A stretch of 64,000 bases of DNA from an uncultured Nitrososphaerota archaeon (lineage in GTDB: Archaea > Thermoproteota > Nitrososphaeria > Nitrososphaerales > Nitrosopumilaceae): assembly GCA_963824385.1 (NCBI GenBank), contig CAWGPD010000004.1:32001-96000 (forward strand), given 5' to 3'. Positions 10,538 to 20,283 of the stretch are shown here, in pieces; positions within the stretch are counted from its first letter, which is position 1; each line of letters begins with the position of its first letter. The position numbers and the translations under genes were made by a program. The notes beneath the pieces are model-generated. The model saw nothing but the letters and a program-made list of their open reading frames with translations. It ran no database searches and was not told the DNA's origin.

Positions 10538-10661
10538 TTATTGGCCTAGTGCTTCTTCGAGAAGACTGGCTTGCGTTTAACATACCCTTTTGCTTTGCAA
10601 TCTGCTCAATCTGTGCATATTGTTCAGATGTAAAACAAACTGGCATTGAACGGTCTTTCAT
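10538..10661 (-). CDS. Small ribbon-helix-helix-like protein (apparent +1 frameshift near 10563)
   Basis: MKDRSMPVCFTSEQYAQIEQIAKQKGMLNASQ; removing one T continues SLEEALGQ* to TAA at 10538. Confidence 0.55.
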
Positions 10662-10734
10662 GCATTATGACAGCAACTCTGATTTTATATCCTTTTTGTT
10701 GATTTGCTTTGATCGTCAGGATCGATTTTATGGG

Positions 10735-12129
10735 CTAATCCTTGAATACGTATTTACGCTGACCACGAAGTTCTGGACTACTTCCTACTCCTACTAGTAT
10801 AAACTCTTTTTTGCCCTCAAGAATGTTCTCAGTTGGACCAAGTTTACTTTCATGGATCTGCTCATATTCTTCCAATGACACCTTTCTTCTATCACCTATT
10901 TCTGCCTCCAAATTCATGTTCTTGACAATCTCTTTGTAGGCTGGCATTATGACACCACTGAAGACCATGGCACTACTACCACTTCCATATGATCCAAATC
11001 CAAATCTCTTGTCCTCAAGGTCGGTGCCTTTTTGGAATTCAAACTCTAGACAACTTCTAAAGCCCATGTAAAGTGAAGCCGTGTAAATATTTCCTACTGT
11101 ACTTGATGCAATAAGGGAACTGGCAAGTTTGGAATCATACGCTTCTTGGAATTCCTCAGTTTGAGTAAATCGTTTAGTAAACTCGTGATCTTTTTGCATA
11201 AATTCTTCATCTGCAAGTATTGATTCGATTGTTCCACGTGGATCTTTTGGTGTAGGTTCAGGGATTCCCATTTTTTCTACAATTCCCTTCCAGCGAGGCA
11301 AGCTACGCCACTCATGTCTTAGAAGATACGTCAGCGCCTTTTTACCCATGTTGCTATATGGAAGATGCATGTTGATAAAATCAATATAATCCAAAATCGA
11401 CTCACCTTCCTTTAGTTTTATTATTCCAGTTGATAGTGCTTTTTCTTTGTATGCCATCAACGCCTTTTTGACCTGAATCATGTACAGCAAGTTAGAATAC
11501 TGCCCATTGACAATTGGCGTCTCTTTTCCAAATGGCCTATAGAAATCATATTCATTTTTAATTGAAGTTGAAGTAACTTTAGGATCAAAAGTCATAATTC
11601 GTGGATTGTCGTTCAACAGCATTGCAACAGCACCAGCTCCCTGGGTATATTCTCCACTTGAACCCATGTCATATTTTGCAATATCTGATACCACCACTAG
11701 GGCTGCCTTACCCTCTGCCTCCCCCGCTCTTATCCAATTAGCATTATCATACAAAGCATATGAGCCACTAACACATGCAAACTTGCATTCTATTCCTCCA
11801 CAATGACCAAAGGAATCGTTTCCATAGACTTGTTCTAGCATTCCAATCACATAGGAGTTCATTGCCTTTGATTCATCAAGTGATGATTCTGTTGCAACAT
11901 ATAATCTTCCAATATCTTTTGGAGCAATCTTGTTTCGCTCCATTATTCTCAGACATGCATTTGCGGCCATACATGCAGGGTCTTGATTAGTATCTACAAT
12001 AGCCATTCGAGATACACCTAGACCTTTTTGGAGCTTGTCTGGGTCCATTCCACGTGCCTGTGCAAAGTCTCTAGCATCCACAAACAATCTAGGAACGTAC
12101 AGGGCTATGTCGTCTATACCTGCAGCCAA
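10735..12129 (-). CDS. Hydroxymethylglutaryl-CoA synthase
   Basis: GIDDIALYVP, ATES, ECKFACVSG (catalytic Cys), DIAKY, EYTQGAGAVA, VGNIYTASL, SYGSG; TTG start inferred. Confidence 0.93.
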   Translation of the reverse strand: MAAGIDDIALYVPRLFVDARDFAQARGMDPDKLQKGLGVSRMAIVDTNQDPACMAANACLRIMERNKIAPKDIGRLYVATESSLDESKAMNSYVIGMLEQVYGNDSFGHCGGIECKFACVSGSYALYDNANWIRAGEAEGKAALVVVSDIAKYDMGSSGEYTQGAGAVAMLLNDNPRIMTFDPKVTSTSIKNEYDFYRPFGKETPIVNGQYSNLLYMIQVKKALMAYKEKALSTGIIKLKEGESILDYIDFINMHLPYSNMGKKALTYLLRHEWRSLPRWKGIVEKMGIPEPTPKDPRGTIESILADEEFMQKDHEFTKRFTQTEEFQEAYDSKLASSLIASSTVGNIYTASLYMGFRSCLEFEFQKGTDLEDKRFGFGSYGSGSSAMVFSGVIMPAYKEIVKNMNLEAEIGDRRKVSLEEYEQIHESKLGPTENILEGKKEFILVGVGSSPELRGQRKYVFKD

Positions 12130-12229
12130 TAGCTTCAGACTTCCAATTACAGATATAAGGATTTTGAGAATCTCAATTGATCTCAAAGATTGATATTTTT
12201 TGGCATTTAATGGAAAAATGCCTAAAAAT

Positions 12230-12961
12230 TTATGATTTTAGCTGTGATTTGAATATATTATCAAAAACTTGGAATGGCTGCGCCCCTACAACTTTGGTCA
12301 CAGTGTGATCAGGTAATATAATGAAAAAGTCGGGAGTTCCAGTCAAACCAAGGTTTTTTGCATCAGAAAGACCACCCTCGACGGTAGAAATGTACTTGGA
12401 TTGAGTCATACACTGGTTAAACATATTCTCGTCTAGCCCTACTTGCTTTGCGAACTTTAGTAGGTTGTCAGATGATGCCCAGCCAGTATTTTCGCCAGCC
12501 CAGTTATTGTATAATGTGTCATGATAGTCCCAGAATTTACCTTGCTCTTGTGCACAGTGTGAGGCATGAGCAGCATTCACAGAGTCCTGACCAATTATAG
12601 TGAAATCCTTGAAGACCATACGAACTTTACCCGTATTGATGTAATTTTTGAGAATATCAGGCTCAGTATTATTATAAAATTGATGACAGTAAAAGCATTG
12701 ATAATCTCCAAACTCTATCATCGTAATTGGCGCATCCTTTGAACCTAGTATTGGTGATGTGTTATCTACCAACAAGTGTAGTGTGGCAAGTGCAGATGTA
12801 GTATTTACGTGTCCCGTAGTATTTTCTTGTCCTTGGGTTTGTATTTGTGGAATTTGTATATTTGATTTTTCAGTACCCTGCCCAAACATGAAAAAAACAA
12901 TCACAATAACTGCAACTACAACGCCCACCCCAATCCCTATGGATGGTAGATGAATATTCAA
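12230..12961 (-). CDS. Membrane-anchored DsbA-like thioredoxin-fold oxidoreductase
   Basis: N-terminal TM, EFGDYQCFYC, GTP cis-Pro motif. Confidence 0.9.
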   Translation of the reverse strand: MNIHLPSIGIGVGVVVAVIVIVFFMFGQGTEKSNIQIPQIQTQGQENTTGHVNTTSALATLHLLVDNTSPILGSKDAPITMIEFGDYQCFYCHQFYNNTEPDILKNYINTGKVRMVFKDFTIIGQDSVNAAHASHCAQEQGKFWDYHDTLYNNWAGENTGWASSDNLLKFAKQVGLDENMFNQCMTQSKYISTVEGGLSDAKNLGLTGTPDFFIILPDHTVTKVVGAQPFQVFDNIFKSQLKS

Positions 12962-13039
12962 TAATCAAATAATTATTTTAGATTATTTAGTCCTTGTTGA
13001 AGGGTAATCCAAATAAATGGGCATTCTTGTCAGAAAACT

Positions 13040-14090
13040 GTGAAAAAGGTTTTTGTGAATGGTTATGGTTCTATTGGTAGCAGGATTACTCAATTCATTG
13101 CAGATGATAAAGACATAGAACTAGTAGGAGTTGGCAAATATTCTCCCGATGAGAAAGTTGCAGATGCCATATCTCGGGGATTTCATGTATATGTTCCAAA
13201 GGCAAAGATGGATTCTTTCAAAAATTATAAAATATCTGGCTCATTAGAGGACATAATTTCAGAATGTGATCTAATAATAGATGCCGCCCCAGGCGGGGTA
13301 GGGCATACAAACAAAAAAACACTTTATGAACCAAAAAATGTCAGAGCAATTTTTCAGGGCGGTGAAAAAATAGGAGGACCAGAATCAGTTGCAAATTTGA
13401 TCTTCAACTCTCGTGTAAATTATGAAAAAACATTTAATGAAAAATATGTCATGCAGGGAAGCTGTAATGTAACTGGAATGGGGAGAATACTTCAGCCACT
13501 CAAAGAGAAATATGGAAAAAAGAATCAGGCGATTTGATGCCACACTCATAAGAAGATGGGCAGACCTTGAGGATACCAAGACCCCAGTAAAAGATTCAAT
13601 TGAATGGACTAGAAAACCGCATCATAATGAAGATGTAAAGAGCTACATGGGTGCAGATACCCCATTATTTATTCGAGTATTGAAGGTTCCAACAAGACAA
13701 ATGCATGTTCATTTGATGGATGTTCGATTTGATGGACCTGCACCAAATGTACAAGAAATTCTTGATTTATATAAAAATGAATATGGTATTGCAATATTAT
13801 ACACCGCAAAAGGAACAAAGGATATTCGAGACTTTGCAGAGACTATGAAATTTAATTTCAAAGATACAAACATGATTCACATTCACGCAGATGTGATTGA
13901 GGTTCAGGGTGATGTTATCAAACTTACATATTCTGATGATCAAACCGGAATAGTGGTACCTGAGAATCACATCTTGATGCAGGCAATGTTATTTAATAGG
14001 AAAAGAGAAGATGCGTTCAAACATACTGAGGAATTGTTTCACATGGCAGAAAAGAAAAAACTACTTGAAGAACACTTTGCAAAGAAATGA
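13040..14090 (+). CDS. gap: Archaeal (type II) glyceraldehyde-3-phosphate dehydrogenase, split by a +1 A in the A-run at ~13516-13521
   Basis: VNGYGSIG, FQGGEK, GSCNVTG, RRWAD, VVPEN across ORFs 13040-13537 and 13512-14090. Confidence 0.88.
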
Positions 14091-14274
14091 CACCATATTG
14101 TATGACGATGTGTTATTAGAATGATATTTTGCCAATGTGAACTTATAAAAGAGACACTGTAGAAGTTCACATACACAACACTTTGTTCTCAATCATATCG
14201 AAAAATTTAACGATTAAAACTTATAATTTAACAGTCATGTCAAGCACCTACTCTATCAGCAGAGGTAAAAAATA

Positions 14275-15523
14275 ATGACATCAAACCTGACTTTAGACAT
14301 ACTAATACTGGCAATTATGGTGGGATTGTCTGGGTTTTTCAGTGGTTCAGAGATTGCGTTGATTGGCATAAGCAGAGCAAAGGTCAATCAACTTGTAAAA
14401 GAAAAAGTAAAAGGTTCAGCATCACTTTACAAACTAAAGTCAAACCCAAGCAGAATGCTCGCAACTTTGAACCTAGGTACAAACTTGGTCAACGTAGGGT
14501 CATCTGCACTTGCTACAGCAGTTTCATTAGAGATTTTCGGAAACAACGGTCTTGCAATCAGCTATTGGCATCATGACATTTGTACTTCTAGTATTTGGAG
14601 AAATCACTCCAAAAGCATATTGTAATGCAAATGCAATAAAAATTTCTTTGAAGGTAAGTAGAGTAATACTAGTTTTCAGTTATGTATTTTATCCCTTTGT
14701 GTTACTTTTTGAAAAGATTACAAATGCCATGCTAAAAGTTGTAGGAAGTTCGCACCAACCGCCACCAATTACTGAACAAGAAATTTACAGCGTAATAGAG
14801 CAAGGCTTGGAAGACAAGGCGTTACAAAAACACGAGGGCGAGCTTGTCCATGGAGCACTCAAGTTTGATGATATCGTCATTCGTGCAGTTATGACTCCTA
14901 GAACAAAGATGTTCATGCTTCCAGCAAAGACATTGCTTTTTGATGCAATGCCTTTGATAAGTAAAAGTGGGTATTCAAGAATACCAATTTACAAAGATAC
15001 GCCTGATCAGATTGTCGGCATACTCAATGTAAGAGACTTGTTAAAGCATTTGGAAAAAGATGAAAAAATGCTTTCTTTGGAATCTCTAAGTAGAAAACCA
15101 ATCTTTGTATCCCAAGAACAAAGAATTAGCAAATTACTCCGAGAGATGCAAGGCAGACAAACCCATATGGCAATAGTTGTAGACGAGTTTGGCGGAGTTG
15201 AAGGGTGTGTTACACTTGAAGACTTGTTAGAAGAGATAGTGGGAGAGATAATGGATGAGACCGATTTAGAAGAGCTTAATTTCAAAATGCTGGATAAAAA
15301 TACAATGTTAGCCAATGGAGATGTTGAGATAGATACAATAAATGAGATACTCAAGTCAGAAATTCCACAGGGTGAGGATTATTCTACTTTGAATGCATTA
15401 TTACATGACAAATTAAAAGACATTCCAAAACAAGGAGATAGAATAGTCATAGAATCAGTCAAGATGACAGTAGAAGAAGCAACAAATAATCAGGCAAGTC
15501 GCATAAAAATAGAAAAGATATAA
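14275..15523 (+). CDS. Hemolysin-family CNNM(DUF21)-CBS-CorC protein, split by +1 insertion at ~14560
   Basis: SGFFSGSEIAL, VFGEITPK, VMTPR, YSRIP, VVDEFGG, EDLLEEIVGEI. Confidence 0.88.
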
Positions 15524-15528
15524 GATAA

Positions 15529-16860
15529 CTAAGTTCTAGGCGGAATTGCAAATTTGTTTTGTGGGTCTTTGTGATAATCCACCGGTATGCTAGAATCTTT
15601 CTGGCGACCAGTTAATATTCCTACAACTGTTTCATCTTTCTTTATTACCCCCTCTTCAAGTAATTTCTTGACTCCAGCAGGCACTGCACCTGATGCCATT
15701 TCACAGTCAAACCCATTAAGACCAACAAGTGCCATTCCATCAAGCATCTCTTTATCTGATACTTGGGTTACAATGCCATTTGTAAAATCAAGTGCACGTA
15801 ATCCCTTGAGAATGTTAGCAGGTTTTGCAATTTGTATTGCAGTAGCTTTGGTCTTGGGCCTAATCTGGTTTTTATCCATGTATTCATAATATCTTTTAAT
15901 CAATCCAGTATCAGATTTTCCTTTATTCCAACGTAGTTCAGTATTTTCAAACTTACCATTATACAAATTGTATAAAGTGTTAGCACCTTCTGAATTTGCA
16001 ACCGCAAGTCTTGGAATTTTCTTTATCCAACCCCATTCGTATAACTCCATCAATGCCTTACCACAGCTTGATGTATTTCCAAGTGCACCTCCCGGGTAAA
16101 CTATCCAATCAGGAGGATTCCAATCCAAGAATTCTAACGCCCTAAAAACAATTGTTTTTTGTCCCTCGATTCTAAATGGATTTACAGAGTTTACAGTATA
16201 TCCACCAACTTTTCCTGCCTGTTGCAATGAAGTTGATAGTGCATCATCAAAATTTCCTTTAATTTCCACAACTTGAGCTCCGAATTGAAATGCCTGACTA
16301 AGCTTTCCAGGCGCAACTTCTCCCGCAGGGATGTATACATCACATTCCATCTTCTCGTTTGCTGCATACATTGCAGTCGAAGCTGACGTGTTACCAGTTG
16401 AGGCACATATTATTTTTTTAATTTTAACGAGTTTAGCATGAGTTACAGCAGTTGTCATACCATTGTCTTTGAATGAACCACTTGGATTGTATCCTTCTGG
16501 CTGAAGCCAGAGATTATTTACTCCAACATAGTCTGAGACTCGGGACATGTGATATGGTTTTGATAGTCTCCCCTCTGCACCATCTAATGATACTAGATAT
16601 TTTGAACATTGATCAATGTCTTCAGTATCAATTTGACAAAAATTCAGCAATTCTCGAAAACGCCAAACACCACTTTCATTAAAAATATTATTAGTATGAT
16701 TCCTGCGTTTATAGAATACATCTTTTAATGTAGTAGGAGGTGTAATGCTATATTTTACATCAAGCAAGTGTCCTTTTTCACATTCTATTCTAATGTCAGT
16801 TATAGGATATTGAAGGCCACAGTTTGGGTCTATGCATTTTAAGAATGCGGTAGGTGACAT
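15529..16860 (-). CDS. thrC: Threonine synthase
   Basis: NPSGSFKD (PLP Lys), CASTGNTSAS, NSVNPFRIEGQKT, ILTG. Confidence 0.93.
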   Translation of the reverse strand: MSPTAFLKCIDPNCGLQYPITDIRIECEKGHLLDVKYSITPPTTLKDVFYKRRNHTNNIFNESGVWRFRELLNFCQIDTEDIDQCSKYLVSLDGAEGRLSKPYHMSRVSDYVGVNNLWLQPEGYNPSGSFKDNGMTTAVTHAKLVKIKKIICASTGNTSASTAMYAANEKMECDVYIPAGEVAPGKLSQAFQFGAQVVEIKGNFDDALSTSLQQAGKVGGYTVNSVNPFRIEGQKTIVFRALEFLDWNPPDWIVYPGGALGNTSSCGKALMELYEWGWIKKIPRLAVANSEGANTLYNLYNGKFENTELRWNKGKSDTGLIKRYYEYMDKNQIRPKTKATAIQIAKPANILKGLRALDFTNGIVTQVSDKEMLDGMALVGLNGFDCEMASGAVPAGVKKLLEEGVIKKDETVVGILTGRQKDSSIPVDYHKDPQNKFAIPPRT

Positions 16861-16954
16861 TATGAAAAACTTCGTTGAATCTTATTTAAATCTAAAGGAT
16901 TTTAAATTTAGACAAAATCTTTGTCGTTACATAAAAAACATAAACTAGAATGTG

Positions 16955-17068
16955 TTATTTTTTTGGACCTGAACGCATGTGAAAGTTGATACAACATTTA
17001 CATTCTTTTGATATGCATTCTTTTTCAGATAAATGACCACAAATACCACATTCACAATGAGTTTGCAT
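16955..17068 (-). CDS. 37-aa Cys/His-rich miniprotein (not in ORF track)
   Basis: Hand translation MQTHCECGICGHLSEKECISKECKCCINFHMRSGPKK*. Confidence 0.6.
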   Translation of the reverse strand: MQTHCECGICGHLSEKECISKECKCCINFHMRSGPKK

Positions 17069-17132
17069 CTTTCTTCTGAGGAGGTATCAAATTTAACCAA
17101 TATAGGGGTTCTTCTTGGACAAACAATAGATG

Positions 17133-17477
17133 TTATTTTTTTGATTTTTTAGATTTTTCAGAGGGCTTCTTTCCTGTTTTTTTCTTGTCTTCCATGTGTT
17201 TTGCCTTTGCTTCCTCTGTTTCTTTGCTCTTCTCATCGACTGCCTTCATAACAGCCTGAATCAAGCCATCTAGATCACTGTCAGAAACCTCAGGTTCTAC
17301 AGCACTTGCTATTTGAGTGATAGTATTAGATATGGCGGAGCTTACTTCATCAAAACTCTCAGGATCCTCATATGCCGCATTGTATAGTGCCTTTAACCTT
17401 CGAACATCAGAAAGCACTTGATCGGTCAGGGTTAGACGGTATTTTTTACCATTTATGGTGATTTCCTGAATTATCAT
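17133..17477 (-). CDS. Hypothetical helical protein with Lys-rich tail
   Basis: MIIQEITINGKKY...; protein-like composition; start moved to ATG 17477. Confidence 0.7.
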   Translation of the reverse strand: MIIQEITINGKKYRLTLTDQVLSDVRRLKALYNAAYEDPESFDEVSSAISNTITQIASAVEPEVSDSDLDGLIQAVMKAVDEKSKETEEAKAKHMEDKKKTGKKPSEKSKKSKK

Positions 17478-17554
17478 GCATGCACTCGCCATCATGCTTT
17501 CATAAAGTTTTCTGTAAAAAAGAACAATTACCCGAAAGACATCAAATAAGCAAG

Positions 17555-18448
17555 TTGAATAGAAAATCCCCAAGCAAGTCAGAGAGGTATTTTAGCACAG
17601 GTCTTACCATGATCACATCTAGAGGCACTAATGGACCAAATGTTATGACTGCAGAATGGGTAATGCAGATTTCATACCAACCAGTGTTAATTGGAGCATT
17701 CATCCACGAAGGATCCCAAACATTGAAGAACATAGAAAAAACAAAAGAGTTTGGAATTAACGTCACTTCACAAAAACAAACCACTGAAGTAAATATCGCA
17801 GGAGGGTATTCTGGAACCGAGTTGGATAAATTGAAAATAAAAAGCATTTTCAAACTTGTCACACCACAAAAAATCAAAACGCCTCTAATTTCAGGTTGTA
17901 CAATAAATGCGGAATGTAAACTAGTCCGAAAGCAAAAACTAGGAGATCATGTCATGGTAGTAGGCAAGGTTGTATACATTAGACATGATGATTCTAAAAC
18001 TCCATTAATATATCACAGTGGACGATATTTTGGTCTAGATTCGGGTATAGAACAGGACAGAGTAGTAGTCAATGTACATAAAGATACGTTGAAATATTTT
18101 AAAAATATCGCACAGAAAAAATTTGTTGTAAAATGTGTCGGTGTATTAGTAGAATCAAAAAACAAAATCCTAGTCATATCCAAATCAAAAACTATGTTAG
18201 ACGTGATTCCATTTAGCGTTCCACTCCAAGGCGTGAATCAGAGGAATCACCTCATAGAATTTCTAAAAAACACGGAACTGGACATACAAGTTGGCAAAAT
18301 CCCAATCATGAAGAGATTGATTCTAAAAAATGGCAAAGACATTCAAAGAATAAACTTTGTACTATTTCATGGAAAAAACCTAAAATCATCAAAAGTAATA
18401 AAATGGAAGTATTCTACAGATAACCGTCTAATATCGGCCCTAGTCTAG
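17555..18448 (+). CDS. Flavin reductase-like FMN-binding protein with C-terminal extension
   Basis: GPNVMTAEW, EFGIN, SG..DK, AEC, GDH..VVG.V, PLIY; TTG start inferred. Confidence 0.8.
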   Translation: MNRKSPSKSERYFSTGLTMITSRGTNGPNVMTAEWVMQISYQPVLIGAFIHEGSQTLKNIEKTKEFGINVTSQKQTTEVNIAGGYSGTELDKLKIKSIFKLVTPQKIKTPLISGCTINAECKLVRKQKLGDHVMVVGKVVYIRHDDSKTPLIYHSGRYFGLDSGIEQDRVVVNVHKDTLKYFKNIAQKKFVVKCVGVLVESKNKILVISKSKTMLDVIPFSVPLQGVNQRNHLIEFLKNTELDIQVGKIPIMKRLILKNGKDIQRINFVLFHGKNLKSSKVIKWKYSTDNRLISALV

Positions 18449-18804
18449 ATTATGATATAGTCTAATGCCACTGCATCAGCAAGCAATGAAGCATGCCTTG
18501 AATTTACAATATATCCATTCTTGATATCGGTTGTTGGAACCCATCTGTTTGTAGAGCTATAATGTCTTTTTTCCTTCATCTCTTTTTCAATAACATGTAA
18601 GTCACATTCTCCCTCTTCAATCTGTTGAGTGTCTATGTGTTTTATTGTGATAAGAATTCTCTTTACTTTGACTCGAACTCCAAATCTCCATATGTGATCA
18701 GAAGTATCATCTTCAACTTCGAGTAATTTTAGTTTTATTTCCTTTGTAGCTAGAGCATCTCTGCTTACCAAGCTGCGTTCATCTACAAAATCTTCAAAAC
18801 TCAT
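18445..18804 (-). CDS. Hypothetical protein
   Basis: 119-aa ORF co-oriented with the resolvase gene. Confidence 0.65.
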   Translation of the reverse strand: MSFEDFVDERSLVSRDALATKEIKLKLLEVEDDTSDHIWRFGVRVKVKRILITIKHIDTQQIEEGECDLHVIEKEMKEKRHYSSTNRWVPTTDIKNGYIVNSRHASLLADAVALDYIII

Positions 18805-18822
18805 AATTGTATAAACACAATA

Positions 18823-19416
18823 TCATATTAAAGAAGTATTCGGTTTAGTTAGCACTTGTTTTTTAATAAAAGGCATTATACCATCATCCAGTTTCAGATG
18901 ACTTCTTTTACCCTCAGCCATGGCATATGTATCTCCCTCGTATGTACAAATAAAATCAGTTACAGGGTATTTTTCATCCCATATTTTAAAAAATTCTCGA
19001 AGCTCTCGATGTTCATATATTCCAGTTCCAATTCTTTTCTTGGATGAGAATTTGAAAGCAACAATCATTTTTCTTGTCTGATACAACTCAAAAGTATGTA
19101 TCCACTTCAAACAACGCTGTATCTGATCAAAAGGCACTCTCAAGGTGGTACTTGTACCAGATTTTGCCTCTATTGTGTAAATTGTGTTTTCCTTGGTACT
19201 TACTGCCAGAATATCAGGCAGCCCCACACTGGGAGAACCGAGTCTAAATGCTTTCCAGCCTTCAAGTGCATTGAATCTTTTAACAAGTGTATCTTCCCAA
19301 TTATATCCCCGTTGCCTTCTGGTTCGTGCAATTCTTTGATTAGTTTTTTTACTATTTTTCTTACGAAGTTTGGGTTCAATGCCATTCAAAGCAGTTTGTT
19401 CTATAGACGTCACCAT
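18823..19416 (-). CDS. Hjc-like Holliday-junction resolvase (PD-(D/E)xK nuclease)
   Basis: RGYNWE, SPSVGLPDILA, IEAKS. Confidence 0.8.
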   Translation of the reverse strand: MVTSIEQTALNGIEPKLRKKNSKKTNQRIARTRRQRGYNWEDTLVKRFNALEGWKAFRLGSPSVGLPDILAVSTKENTIYTIEAKSGTSTTLRVPFDQIQRCLKWIHTFELYQTRKMIVAFKFSSKKRIGTGIYEHRELREFFKIWDEKYPVTDFICTYEGDTYAMAEGKRSHLKLDDGIMPFIKKQVLTKPNTSLI

Positions 19417-19611
19417 GTCTTGTGATAATATTAGAGAATTTTGGTGATATAGACTTCATGGTAATTATAGTAACACCTAGACCAGTATTTTTTACAACTT
19501 GTAGGCCATCGCCTTTACAGTTCAGAGCATATTCGTAGATAATAGATTATTTCAAAAAACTGGTCAGGGCATACTCAGCATTAATATGTCATTATTTGAA
19601 ACAACAGAAAC

Positions 19612-19947
19612 ATGTCAACAAATGATGCTCAGATCACATATCTAAAGTACAAAGAATATGGAGATCTTCTAAAAGTAATCTTATATTCATCACAATCAGT
19701 TCTAGGTGCCGTACCTTTGATTTATCATCTAAATCATAATAATCTGAATATCATTTTCATTCAGACAGGAACTATAGGAGGAAACGTCATACATTATCTT
19801 GTGACCAACGGTCCACCCACAAAGAAATTCATAGAATTGAAGAGACTTACTGGAGATTTCCATTTTGTTGACAAGATAGGAACAGATGGCATGTCTTTGT
19901 ACATACCAATTTTAGAATTAGAGAAATCCAATCTCAAATTTCCCTGA
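19612..19947 (+). CDS. Hypothetical protein
   Basis: 111-aa ORF with clean ATG start after an intergenic gap. Confidence 0.65.
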   Translation: MSTNDAQITYLKYKEYGDLLKVILYSSQSVLGAVPLIYHLNHNNLNIIFIQTGTIGGNVIHYLVTNGPPTKKFIELKRLTGDFHFVDKIGTDGMSLYIPILELEKSNLKFP

Positions 19948-19962
19948 TGGCGTATCTTTTCT

Positions 19963-20283
19963 CTAATCTGATTGGAAAACAAATTTTGGGGCTTTGTCGT
20001 AATCACAATATTTTAGTGTCAGATTTTGCCCTTCAATCAGATTAGAATTTCCCTCAAGAGTTCCAAATACGCGTATGCTATTTTCAAATTCTCCTATGCA
20101 GAAATATGTTCCATCTTTGCTAGAAAGTTCTACAAGTGTTGCTTTTTTTGAAACAGGTCTCCATATGACATCTCCAAAGCATTTATTGCAATAATCACTT
20201 GGAGGCCACACCAGGTGCTTACATTTGACACATTCACTACAGACAAAATTATTATTTTTTAATTCAGTTTCAAATCTAGTCAT
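19963..20283 (-). CDS. DUF35-type Zn-ribbon/OB-fold thiolase partner
   Basis: CVKC..VWPPSDYCNKC followed by OB-like strands; overlaps thiolase stop. Confidence 0.85.
   Translation of the reverse strand: MTRFETELKNNNFVCSECVKCKHLVWPPSDYCNKCFGDVIWRPVSKKATLVELSSKDGTYFCIGEFENSIRVFGTLEGNSNLIEGQNLTLKYCDYDKAPKFVFQSD

Noticed and set aside
13500..13540. Programmed frameshifting in gap and other split genes
   Set aside because: No shared slippery motif or structure; uniform +1 insertions fit sequencing error better.
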